Shown: positions 39,244-48,306 of the stretch, piece after piece
Layout: every line of letters begins with the position of its first letter
How positions within the stretch are numbered: position 1 is the stretch's first letter
Assembly (NCBI GenBank): GCA_965262725.1
Contig: OZ253555.1
Span: 736,001-800,000 of the forward strand
Length of the DNA: 64,000 nucleotides
Direction of reading: 5' to 3'
From: Dehalococcoidia bacterium
GTDB lineage: Bacteria; Chloroflexota; Dehalococcoidia; UBA2979
The notes under the pieces: generated by a model
Seen by the model: only the letters and a program-made list of their open reading frames with translations
Databases searched by the model: none
What the model was told of the DNA's origin: nothing
Made by a program: the position numbers and the translations under genes

Positions 39244-40497
39244 CTACGCCTCTCGCTCGCGCGTTGGCGAGGTGTCCTCCCCCTCCTCCTGCGGCGGCCA
39301 GGTCGGCGCGATGCGGAGCTCTCCGCCGGCGCGCCACAGCATGTAGCCAGCGGCGAGCACCAGCGAGAGCGCCGCCGCCGCGGCGAGCAGGGCGGAGCCG
39401 GTTCCCCGCTCGTCGACGAGGAGGGCGACTGCCGGCATCGCGATCACCGTGGCGAGCTGCGACGCCATCGAGTTGAGAGAGAGCACGGTCGCGCGCTCGC
39501 GATCGGGGGCACGCCGCGCGAGGTAGTCGGCGACCAGCGGGTGCAGCACGTTCCAGGCCAGCGGTGAGAGCAGGATCAGGGGGAAGAGTGCCCGCGTCCC
39601 GGCGGCGCCGGCAAGGAGCGCCACCATCGCCCCGAGCCCGGCCGCCGCGAGCGTCCTCGGGAGTCCGAACCGTCGCTCCGTGGCGGCGGCCATCCAGCCC
39701 CCGAACGCGGAGGAGATCGTCATCGTCGCGGCGATCGCCCCGAGCGACCACAGCGGCGCCCCCAGCTCCGTCGCGATCGGCTGGAAGACGGTAAAGACCA
39801 GCGCGGCCGAGACGAGCACAGCTGCGAAGAAGACGATGATCGACCAGATCTCACGCTGCCCGAGCACGCGCCTCGCCGCGCGCGTGCCTATGCGCAGGAA
39901 GGGCACCGGATCGCCGCGGGCGGGCGGCTCCGTGAAGCGCAGCGCGAGGAAGGCGGCCACCACCCCGAAGACGCCCGAGATCGCGATGGGGAGCGCGAGC
40001 GATGTGACCTGCGCCAGGGCGGCGCCGACGAGGGCGGTCGCCGCGTTCACGCCCCACGCCATCGCGTTGAGGCGCCCGGCGCGCCGGGCGAACTCGCCGC
40101 CGCGCCCGAGCGGGGTGAGCGAGTCGAAGAGCATCGCGTCGTCGGCGCCCGACATCAGCGAGAGGCCGGTGCCGAAGAGGGCGAAGGCGAGCAGCAGCAG
40201 CTCGAAGCTATCCGCGAGCCCGAAGACGGTGAGCCCGAGCGCGGTGAGGAGACCCGAGGCGAGCAGCGAGAGACGCCGGCCCCAGCGGTCAGCGACCATC
40301 CCGGTCGGGACCTCGGCGACGACGGTGATGGCAGCGAAGACCGACTCGAAGAGCAGGACCTGGCCGAGCGTCAGCCCCCGCTCCTGCAGCAGGTAGAGCA
40401 CCCAGATGCCCTCGCCGAGCCAGAGCCAGCGCGCCACCCACCACCACGGGAGCAGGCGGAGGTTGCGCTCGAGCCCGGCGCGTTCCTCGGTGGTCAC
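39244..40497 (-). CDS. MFS transporter
   Basis: EVPTGMVADRWGRR, SGADDAMLFDSL. Confidence 0.9.
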   Translation of the reverse strand: MTTEERAGLERNLRLLPWWWVARWLWLGEGIWVLYLLQERGLTLGQVLLFESVFAAITVVAEVPTGMVADRWGRRLSLLASGLLTALGLTVFGLADSFELLLLAFALFGTGLSLMSGADDAMLFDSLTPLGRGGEFARRAGRLNAMAWGVNAATALVGAALAQVTSLALPIAISGVFGVVAAFLALRFTEPPARGDPVPFLRIGTRAARRVLGQREIWSIIVFFAAVLVSAALVFTVFQPIATELGAPLWSLGAIAATMTISSAFGGWMAAATERRFGLPRTLAAAGLGAMVALLAGAAGTRALFPLILLSPLAWNVLHPLVADYLARRAPDRERATVLSLNSMASQLATVIAMPAVALLVDERGTGSALLAAAAALSLVLAAGYMLWRAGGELRIAPTWPPQEEGEDTSPTREREA

Positions 40498-40537
40498 TGT
40501 GCCCGGTGAGCGTGACGTGTCCCGGGCGACCGCCGCA

Positions 40538-41299
40538 TCAGGGGAAGAGATCGAGCTCGGGGCCGCGGACGATATCAGTGGCGGCGCCGTCGGCCGGCTC
40601 GAAGCGAAAGCCGCGCACGATGACGGCGGGGATGCCGTCGAGCTTGTTCATCACCAGCTCGGAGGCGCCGGCTAGCTCGTCGGCGACGCAAATCTCGGTG
40701 ACGCGCAGCTCAACGCCGTCCATGTCGGGGAGTCCGACGTAGTTGCGGAGCGGGGAGATGCCGGCGACGCCGATGGCGATGTTGGTCTGCCCGTTCCGCC
40801 ACGGGCGCCCGAACGTGTCGGTCATGATCACCGCGACTTCGACCCCCGCGAGCTGCCGCAGCCGATCGCGCAGGGCGTGGCAGGAGGCGTCCGGATCGAC
40901 CGGAAGCAGCGAGAGCCACTCCTCGCCGCCCACGTTGGAGCAGTCGACGCCGGAGTTGGCACAGACGAGGCCGTGGCGGGTCTCTGTGATCAGGACGCCG
41001 CGCAGCTGCCGGACCACGCGCACGGACTCCGAGAGCACGGCCTCCGTCACGTGAGGGTCCTTCCCCCATCGTTCGGACCAGGCGAGGGCGTAGGGGCTGG
41101 GCTCGAAGTGCGCGCGCGGGAGGATACGTCCCTCCGACGCCGAGACGACGCGCTGCGTGAGGACCAGGACGTCGCCCTCCGAGAGGGGCGTCTCCTGCGC
41201 CCGGGCTGCCTCCACGAGGAGCGCGGCGAGATCGTCCCCATCCTGGACGCGGGGGAGCCCGGCGATCCCGATCACGCGAATCTCTGGTGGCGCCATCAC
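40538..41299 (-). CDS. cofE: Coenzyme F420-0:L-glutamate ligase
   Basis: GLPRVQDGDDL, GLVCANSGVDCSN, DTFGRPWRNGQ, ADELAG. Confidence 0.93.
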   Translation of the reverse strand: MMAPPEIRVIGIAGLPRVQDGDDLAALLVEAARAQETPLSEGDVLVLTQRVVSASEGRILPRAHFEPSPYALAWSERWGKDPHVTEAVLSESVRVVRQLRGVLITETRHGLVCANSGVDCSNVGGEEWLSLLPVDPDASCHALRDRLRQLAGVEVAVIMTDTFGRPWRNGQTNIAIGVAGISPLRNYVGLPDMDGVELRVTEICVADELAGASELVMNKLDGIPAVIVRGFRFEPADGAATDIVRGPELDLFP

Positions 41300-41375
41300 G
41301 GCCCGATCATCGCACGCCGTTCGCCCAAGCGGTGCGCCTCCCCGCCGGGGAGGCGGCCGCCCACTCCGCCGGCTC

Positions 41376-42047
41376 CTACTCTCCCTCGGGCAGGCCCGCG
41401 ATCCGGATGCCGGTGTGGGCGCCGTGCCGGCCGTTGATGCCGATCAGCAGGATCGTGAGCCCCTCCACGAACCGCGAGTAGCGCAGCGGGCCGGCGTCGA
41501 CGGCGCGCACGCCGGCTATCTGCTCGGCGAGGGCGCCGGCGTGCCTCTTCCCCTCGGCGCCTCCCGTGAGCAGGACGTCGGCGTCCACCGAGGCCTCCGG
41601 GTCGAGCAGCGTCTCGGCGTCGAGGTTGTGGAAGGCGCCGACCACGGTCGAGTCGGGCAGGAGCGCCGCCGCCTCCTCCGTCGCCGATCCGGCCGCGACC
41701 TCGATGGGGCGGGGCCCGCGCTCGAAGCGCACCGGCACCACGGCGTCGATGACGAGCTTCCCGGCGAGGGGACGCCTCAGCGCCTCGAGCGTGGCGGCGT
41801 GGGCGGTGTACGGCACGGTGACGATCGCGAGCGTCGCCTCAGCGCAGGCCTCGTCGTTGCCGCCGCCGCGCAGGTCGCCGGCACCGGCGCGCCCCGGGAG
41901 CGACGATGCGAGCTCGGCGGCGATGGCCGCGCCGCGCTCCGCGTCGCGGCTGCCGATGATCACGGCGTGCCCCGCCAGCACCAGTCGCGTCGCCAAGCCC
42001 CGGCCCTCCGGCCCCGTTCCGCCGATGATCGCGATCGTCTCGCTCAC
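41376..42047 (-). CDS. npdG: NADPH-dependent F420 reductase
   Basis: IIGGTGPEGRGLA, IGSR, VVGAFHN, DAGPL, LIGIN. Confidence 0.92.
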   Translation of the reverse strand: MSETIAIIGGTGPEGRGLATRLVLAGHAVIIGSRDAERGAAIAAELASSLPGRAGAGDLRGGGNDEACAEATLAIVTVPYTAHAATLEALRRPLAGKLVIDAVVPVRFERGPRPIEVAAGSATEEAAALLPDSTVVGAFHNLDAETLLDPEASVDADVLLTGGAEGKRHAGALAEQIAGVRAVDAGPLRYSRFVEGLTILLIGINGRHGAHTGIRIAGLPEGE

Positions 42048-42197
42048 CGCTTGCCTCCCCCTCGTCGGCTCTCTCCCGCGCGTTCTCCCCGGCCGGGGCA
42101 CCATACAATGAGCGCCGTGTGTGTCCCCGGAGCCGACCGGGCGGGGGCCGTGCCGGAGACCCGAGCGCTACCGCAGGCCGGGGCAGGGGGAAGGCCG

Positions 42198-43022
42198 ATG
42201 GCGGCGCCAGCCACCGCATCCGGGGCGGCCGCCCCGAGCGCGCCCCCGCCGGCCCTGCTCGTTCAGTCCCTCTCCCACCGCTACCGCTCGACCGCCGGGA
42301 ACATACTGGCGCTCGACGGGGCCGCGCTTGAGGTGGGAGCCGGCGAGTTCGTCTCCCTGGTCGGCCCCTCCGGCTGCGGCAAGACGACCCTGCTCCGCAT
42401 CGCCGCCGGTCTCCTCGCTGCCTGCCCGGGCCCGGGCGCCCCCGCCCCCACGGTTGAGGTCTTCGGCTCCTCCCCAGCCGCCGCCCGCCGCGGGCGCTGG
42501 CTTGGCCTCGTGCAGCAGGAGTCGGGGCTTCTGCCGTGGCTCTCGGTGGAGCGCAACGTGGGACTCGTCGCGGAGCTCGCGGGCGTGCAGGCGGACGTCT
42601 CCGCGCTGCTCCGGCGCGTCGGGGTCGCCGAGTTCGCCCGTCACTATCCCCACGAGCTCTCCGGCGGCATGCGGCAGCGCGTGGCGCTGGCGCGCGCCCT
42701 CTCGCACGGCCCGCGCCTCCTGCTGATGGACGAGCCGCTCGGGGCCCTGGACGAGCTCTCGCGGGAGGCGCTGCGGCTGGAGCTGCTCGGGCTCTGGGAG
42801 CGCGACCGGGTCTCCGTGCTCCTCGTGACGCACTCCATCCGGGAGGCGGTGCTGCTCTCCGATCGCGTTTTCGTCATGGGTGAGAGGCCCGGGAGCGTCC
42901 TCGCCGAGTTCCCGCTCGCGCTCCCGCGCCCGCGTGGCGAGGAGCTGGTGACGACGCCCGCCTTCGCCGAGCTCGAGGCCGAGGTGCGGGCGGCGCTGAG
43001 CCAGGGGCGGGTGCTCCGGTGA
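42198..43022 (+). CDS. NitT/TauT-type ABC transporter ATPase
   Basis: GPSGCGKT, LSGGMRQR, LLMDEP. Confidence 0.93.
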   Translation: MAAPATASGAAAPSAPPPALLVQSLSHRYRSTAGNILALDGAALEVGAGEFVSLVGPSGCGKTTLLRIAAGLLAACPGPGAPAPTVEVFGSSPAAARRGRWLGLVQQESGLLPWLSVERNVGLVAELAGVQADVSALLRRVGVAEFARHYPHELSGGMRQRVALARALSHGPRLLLMDEPLGALDELSREALRLELLGLWERDRVSVLLVTHSIREAVLLSDRVFVMGERPGSVLAEFPLALPRPRGEELVTTPAFAELEAEVRAALSQGRVLR

Positions 43023-43843
43023 GCGGGCGGAGCCTCCCCGTCGATCCCCCCGCGGGCAGGCGCCGCCGCGCCTCCGCCGCGGGGGCGATCGCGCGGTCCG
43101 CGGTCGCGCCGCTGCTCGCGCTGGCGGTGCTCATCGCGCTCTGGGAGAGCTGGGTGCGACTCGCGGACGTGCACGAGTACCTGCTGCCGGCGCCGTCGGC
43201 CGTGGGGGCCGCTCTCGTCGACGAGCCGGGGCGCTACGCCTCAGCTGCGGCGGAGACGGCGGCCGCGGCGGCGGGGGGGCTCGTGCTCGCCACGGTGGGG
43301 GCGCTCCTCCTGGCGGTGGCGATGGCGCACTCGCGCGCCGTGGAGCGCGCCCTCTATCCGCCGGCGCTCGTCCTCAAGCTCACGCCGATCGTCGCCGTCT
43401 ACCCGCTGTTCACGATCTGGTTCGGATTCGGGCTTTGGCCGAAGATGCTGGTGGCGGCCCTGATCACTTTCTTTCCGACGCTCGTCAACGCGGTCATCGG
43501 GCTCAGGTCGGTCGACCCGGCGGCGCTCGACCTGCTGCGCTCCCTCAACGCCTCGCCCCAGCAGGTGCTCTGGAGGTTGAGGCTCCCCTCGGCTCTTCCC
43601 TATCTCTTCGCGGCGCTGCGCATCTCCGTCCCGCTCGCACTGATCGGGGCGGTCGTGGCGGAGTTCCTCTCCGGTGACGGGGGGATGGGGCAGCTCATCC
43701 TGATCGCGAACGGCGATCTCGACACGGCGACGCTGTTTGCGGCCGTTGTTGTGCTGGTGGCGATGGGTGTGCTCCTCACTGGACTGCTCGCGTATAGTGA
43801 GCGGCGCGTGCTCTTCTGGCACGCCTCCACGAGCGACGTGTAG
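43019..43843 (+). CDS. NitT/TauT-type ABC permease
   Basis: LLPAPS, FFPTLVN, LPSALPYLF, GAVVAEF. Confidence 0.93.
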   Translation: MSGRSLPVDPPAGRRRRASAAGAIARSAVAPLLALAVLIALWESWVRLADVHEYLLPAPSAVGAALVDEPGRYASAAAETAAAAAGGLVLATVGALLLAVAMAHSRAVERALYPPALVLKLTPIVAVYPLFTIWFGFGLWPKMLVAALITFFPTLVNAVIGLRSVDPAALDLLRSLNASPQQVLWRLRLPSALPYLFAALRISVPLALIGAVVAEFLSGDGGMGQLILIANGDLDTATLFAAVVVLVAMGVLLTGLLAYSERRVLFWHASTSDV

Positions 43844-43979
43844 CGCCAGCGGCACACCGCTGATGCACGTCGCCTCCGCGGCCGGGCACCGATGCCGGCG
43901 GGGGACGTTCGGTACACGGCGTGCAGCGCCCGCGACCGCGTCGCGGATGCGCGCCACGGATCACCGGGGTCGGCTCATC

Positions 43980-44978
43980 ATGCCCAGAGGATCGATGTGT
44001 CTGGTGGCCGCGCTCGCGGCGCTTGCCCTGCTCGGGGCCTCCTGCGGCGGCGACGGCGACGAGAACCTGCGGGAGGTCACCTTCATGGCGGGCTTCCGCC
44101 CGCAGGCGAATCTCCCGTTCGTCGCGGTCTACATCGCCGACGCCAACGGCTACTTCGCGGAGGAGGGGCTCGCCGTCACCATCCGCCACTCCGCGGGCGC
44201 CGACGAGCACATCAAGCTCTTGCTCGAGGGCGATGTCGCGTTCACGACCGGCACGGCGGCGCAGTCCCTCAGGCAACACGCCGACGGGCTTCCCCTCCGC
44301 GCGATCGCCCTCTTCGGCCAGAGGGGCGATCAGGGCTTCGTGACGCGCGCCGAGTCGGGTATCCGCTCGCCGTCGGGATTCCGCAACCGTAGCGTCGGCT
44401 TCAAGGCGGGTGTCGTGCCGGCGGAGCTCCACGCGCTTCTCGCGACGGCGGGGCTCTCGGTGGACGACGTGCAGTTGCAGGCCGTGGGCTTCGATCCGCG
44501 CGTCTTCATCGAGGGGCAGGTCGACGTCTACCCCGTCTTCCTCAACAACGAGCCAGACACCATCCGCCGCGCCGGCGTCGAGATCATCGTGATCGATCCG
44601 CACGACTACGGCGTCCCGACTCTCGGTGTGGTCTACCTCGCGCACGAACAGACGCTGGCCGAGGATCCGGATCTGGTGGAGCGCTTCCTCCGCGCGACGC
44701 TCCGGGGTGTGGCCTGGGCCCGCGATCACGTCGACGAGGCGGTGGAGATCACGCTCACCTTCGCGGAGGGCGCCTCCGCCGATCACCAGCGCTTCCTCCT
44801 CGAGACCGACCTCGCGAACGCTCAGCGCGAGGACGGCATCGGGCGTTCCACGCCCGATCAGTGGGAGGCGCTTGCGCGGGTGCTCCAGCGCTACGGCTTG
44901 CTCGAGACCCCGCTCGACGCGGCCGCCGTCGTCGACGAGGAGGCGGTCGAGCGCATCTACGCCGACGGGCTGGATTGA
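43980..44978 (+). CDS. NMT1/THI5-like ABC substrate-binding lipoprotein
   Basis: Lipobox GASC; YIADANGYFAEEGL; NEP; FLRATLRG. Confidence 0.9.
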   Translation: MPRGSMCLVAALAALALLGASCGGDGDENLREVTFMAGFRPQANLPFVAVYIADANGYFAEEGLAVTIRHSAGADEHIKLLLEGDVAFTTGTAAQSLRQHADGLPLRAIALFGQRGDQGFVTRAESGIRSPSGFRNRSVGFKAGVVPAELHALLATAGLSVDDVQLQAVGFDPRVFIEGQVDVYPVFLNNEPDTIRRAGVEIIVIDPHDYGVPTLGVVYLAHEQTLAEDPDLVERFLRATLRGVAWARDHVDEAVEITLTFAEGASADHQRFLLETDLANAQREDGIGRSTPDQWEALARVLQRYGLLETPLDAAAVVDEEAVERIYADGLD

Positions 44979-45060
44979 TGAGACGGCCTCCGGGGGGAGG
45001 CCGCCGGTTGAGCGTGACGTCCCGACCCCCCGCGCTCGCCGGCGGCCGAGCCCGGCCCGC

Positions 45061-46686
45061 TCACTGGAGTTCGGTGCCGCCGGCGCCGGCCCGCTTGGCG
45101 TCGAAGTAGATCTCGAACTCCCAACTGCCCTCGCCCAGCGGCCCGTCGGCGTGGTGGCCGACCCACCAGCGCCCGCTGTCGCCCCCCAGCCAGAGCGAGG
45201 GCGGTGACTCGTACACGACGTCGCCGTCGTGGAAGACGACCCAGTGCAGCCACAGCACGCCGCCGGCCCCCTCGTACTCGAAGAAGCCGAAGAGCCTCGA
45301 CGCGCTGCCGGCGGGCGGCGACCCGGGATCCCCGTCGGCCCCGACCGTCGAGCCGAAGGTGAGCTCCCCGATGGTGGTCTCCGGCGGTTCGATGCCGATG
45401 TAGGCGAGGCCCGTGGCCGCGAGCGATTCGTCGACCCACACCTCAAGCCGCCACTGCCCGGCGGGGACCCCGTTCGGGTTCGGCGCGAGCAGCCGGTCGG
45501 TCACCACCGCGAAGTCGCCCTCGGTCCACGTGTAGGCCGAGGAGAGCGCGTCCTGGAGAACGTCCTCCAGGAACCACCTCTCCTCGACGAGCGTGCCATC
45601 GGGGATGCCCTGGGCGGCGAACTCGTAGTAGAGCGCGGGGAGGCCGCCCACGGGGAATCGCGTGTAGTCGAAGAGGGAGGTCCGCCCCCCGCCGGCGAGC
45701 GCGTTCTCGGCGAAGGCGGGTCCGCGGATCGCGACGCCCGACGCGGCGGGGTCGGGCGAGTTGCGGGCCGGCCGCGGGTGCTGAAGCAGGGCGTGGTAGC
45801 TGGCTCGCGGCTCGGCCGAGCGGGCCGCCTCGATCAGAGGCTCGGCGAGCGCGGCCGGGCGTGCGGTGCCGATCGAGACCGCCTCGTCGTGACGGAGCTG
45901 GACCAGCACGCCGACGAGGCCACCCGCCTGGGAGAAGACGCCGCCTCCGTCCATCCCGGCCGGGAGCCGGGCGTCCATGTCGAGCCAGGCCCGGCCGTCC
46001 ACGCCGGATGCGGATCGCGTTCCGAGTAGCGTCGCGTGCGCACCGGTCGCGGCGGCGCGCTCGCCCTCGCCGGCGTAGCCGAAGAGGCGCAGCTTCTCCC
46101 GCGTCTCGATGGTGGCGGAGTTCCCGAGGCGTACCGCCGGCGCCGAGAACTCGCCCGCGACGAGCGGCGCTTCGCGGTAGGCGCTCACGGCGCGGAGCAC
46201 GGCGAGATCGTGATCCGGTGCCGCGGTCACGATCTCCGCCTCGTAGAGCAGCACGGCCGGATCACCGGCCTCCGCGCTGAGACCGACCGCCAGCGTCGTG
46301 TACGCCGGGCTGCCGTCGGAGAGGAAGGGATCCACGAGCGGGTAACTGGTCAGGATCAGCGCCCGCTCGCCGTCGACGACCACCCCGGAGCCGCGCCTCA
46401 CCGCCCGCTCGACGCCGCTTCCCGCATCGAGCGCGACGATCTGCACGACGGATTGCGCGAAGACGGCATCGGGGATCGCATCGGCCTCGCCGGCGGCGGG
46501 GGCGCCGGTGACGCCGATATGGGTCGGCGGCACGATCGCGGTCGGCGCCACGATTGGTGTCGGCGTCAGCGTCGGCGTCGGCGTCGGGATCGCGGTGGCG
46601 GTGCCCGGGATCAACTCCGCGGTCCGACCGCACGCGGCGGCGAGGAGCGCGACGAGGGCGAGCAGGGAGAGTGAGAGAGTCTTCAT
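45061..46686 (-). CDS. Lipoprotein with degenerate trypsin-like domain and two beta-rich C-terminal domains
   Basis: LAAAC lipobox, PT linker, SVVQI...GSGVVV...ILTSYPLV...DLAVL...GMDGGG. Confidence 0.75.
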   Translation of the reverse strand: MKTLSLSLLALVALLAAACGRTAELIPGTATAIPTPTPTLTPTPIVAPTAIVPPTHIGVTGAPAAGEADAIPDAVFAQSVVQIVALDAGSGVERAVRRGSGVVVDGERALILTSYPLVDPFLSDGSPAYTTLAVGLSAEAGDPAVLLYEAEIVTAAPDHDLAVLRAVSAYREAPLVAGEFSAPAVRLGNSATIETREKLRLFGYAGEGERAAATGAHATLLGTRSASGVDGRAWLDMDARLPAGMDGGGVFSQAGGLVGVLVQLRHDEAVSIGTARPAALAEPLIEAARSAEPRASYHALLQHPRPARNSPDPAASGVAIRGPAFAENALAGGGRTSLFDYTRFPVGGLPALYYEFAAQGIPDGTLVEERWFLEDVLQDALSSAYTWTEGDFAVVTDRLLAPNPNGVPAGQWRLEVWVDESLAATGLAYIGIEPPETTIGELTFGSTVGADGDPGSPPAGSASRLFGFFEYEGAGGVLWLHWVVFHDGDVVYESPPSLWLGGDSGRWWVGHHADGPLGEGSWEFEIYFDAKRAGAGGTELQ

Positions 46687-46885
46687 CGATCGCTCCACAC
46701 GCCGATGCCCCCGCCCGCCGCGCGGGGCTCGCGATTCCATGCTGCTCGCTGACAGCATGTTGCGTCGACGCCGATCATCGGCGCTCGGTGCCGTGAAGGA
46801 CCTGAGCGGCTCCCCGTCGCGGGCCGGCACCCTGCGGCGCTCCGGCGATTGTCCATCGCGGGGCGGCGGCATGGCGAGCGATCCG

Positions 46886-47491
46886 CTACGGGACGTCGGC
46901 GGGCGGAAGCTCGAGGGCGCGCCCGGCGACGAGCAGCCACGCGCGGTCGGCCGCGCCGGCGACCCGCTGGTTGGCGCTCCCCAGCACGTCGCGAAAGAGC
47001 CGGCCGAGAGCCGTCGGCGGCACGACGCCGCCGCCCACCTCGTTGCTGACGACGAGCGTCGTGCCCGCGCGCGCCGCGATCGCCGCAAGCAGAGTGTCGA
47101 CCTCCTCCCCGATACGAGCCTCGAGCCGCGCTTGGGCGTCGGTCGGGATCGAGGCCGGCAGGGCGCCCTCGTCGGTTGCAGGATCGGCGTGAAGCGCCGC
47201 AAGGAGCATGTTCGAGACCCAGAGCGAGAGGCAGTCGAGGAGAACGCAGACCCCGTCCGACGCGCCGCGCACAGCCGGCGCCGGGGCGAGCGGCGCCTCG
47301 ACGGTGCTCCACGCCCGTGGTCTCGCGGCGCGGTGCCGCGCCACGCGCGTCTGAAGCTCGGCGTCGCGTGCCTCCATCGTCGCGACGAAGACGACCGGGC
47401 GGCCGCGCCCGGCCTCGGCCTCGGCGAGCCGCACGGCGAAGCGGCTCTTCCCCGAGCGGGCGCCGCCGGTCACGAAGTAGAGCGCGCCCAT
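46886..47491 (-). CDS. cobU: Adenosylcobinamide kinase/phosphate guanylyltransferase
   Basis: VTGGARSGKS, RVARHR, LDCLSLWVSN, VSNEVG. Confidence 0.95.
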   Translation of the reverse strand: MGALYFVTGGARSGKSRFAVRLAEAEAGRGRPVVFVATMEARDAELQTRVARHRAARPRAWSTVEAPLAPAPAVRGASDGVCVLLDCLSLWVSNMLLAALHADPATDEGALPASIPTDAQARLEARIGEEVDTLLAAIAARAGTTLVVSNEVGGGVVPPTALGRLFRDVLGSANQRVAGAADRAWLLVAGRALELPPADVP

Positions 47492-47516
47492 CACACCCCC
47501 CGGTCCGTCGCGGCGT

Positions 47517-48305
47517 TCACGGGAGTTCCGTGGGCACGAGCCAGCCTCGGGCCGCACCGGCGACGATCGCGAGCCAGACGACGGTCTGCGCCAGCTCGAC
47601 GGCCGCGCCGTAGGTGTCGCCGGTGATGCCCCCCAACATCCGGGCCGACGCCGCCGCCGTGATCAGCGCGGCGCCGGCGGCGAGGGCGAGCAGTGCCAGT
47701 CCCGCAGCACCGAAGAGCACGATCGCGGTCGCCGCGGCGGTCGCGGTCGCGAACGGGGCGGCGAATGGCCAGAGCGCCGTGGCGACCGCGTGCCCGAGCC
47801 CGGAGGGGCGTGCCGGGCGGTAGGCAACGGCCGCCGGCACCACCGCCCAGCGCGCGAGTGCCGGCGCGAGCAGTAGCGCCGCGGGGCGCGCGGCGCCCTC
47901 GAGAGCGGCGAGGGCTGACCACTGCGCGATCAGCAGCAGGACGAGCGCCATCACGCCCGCCGGTCCCGTGGTGCCCTCGCGCATGATCGCGAGTCGCGTC
48001 TCGCGCCCTCGCTGCGCCGCGAGGCCGTCCGCGGTGTCTGCGACCCCGTCGAGGTGAAGGCCGCCGGTGGCGAGCGCGAGCGCCGCGAGCAGGACCGCCG
48101 CGACCGGGGCCCCGGGCAGGAGTTCCGAGAGGGCGTGGTCGAGCCCCCAGAGCGCGCCGCCGAGCACGAGGCCGACCGCCGGAAACCATGCCAGGGCCGA
48201 GCCGAAGCGCGCGTCGTCCCACGTGTGGACGCGCCTGAGCCGGAGCGTCGTCAGGAACTCCAGCGCGATCAGCGGGCCGTTCCAGGCACCGCCCCCGGCC
48301 GCCAC
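47517..48305 (-). CDS. cobS: Adenosylcobinamide-GDP ribazoletransferase (cobalamin synthase)
   Basis: FLT, TGGLHLDGVADTADG, GGITGDTYGA. Confidence 0.95.
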   Translation of the reverse strand: MAAGGGAWNGPLIALEFLTTLRLRRVHTWDDARFGSALAWFPAVGLVLGGALWGLDHALSELLPGAPVAAVLLAALALATGGLHLDGVADTADGLAAQRGRETRLAIMREGTTGPAGVMALVLLLIAQWSALAALEGAARPAALLLAPALARWAVVPAAVAYRPARPSGLGHAVATALWPFAAPFATATAAATAIVLFGAAGLALLALAAGAALITAAASARMLGGITGDTYGAAVELAQTVVWLAIVAGAARGWLVPTELP

Positions 48306-48306
48306 G

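Noticed and set aside
46550-46592. GGCGTC tandem repeat
   Set aside because: Encodes the PT linker of the lipoprotein; not a separate element.
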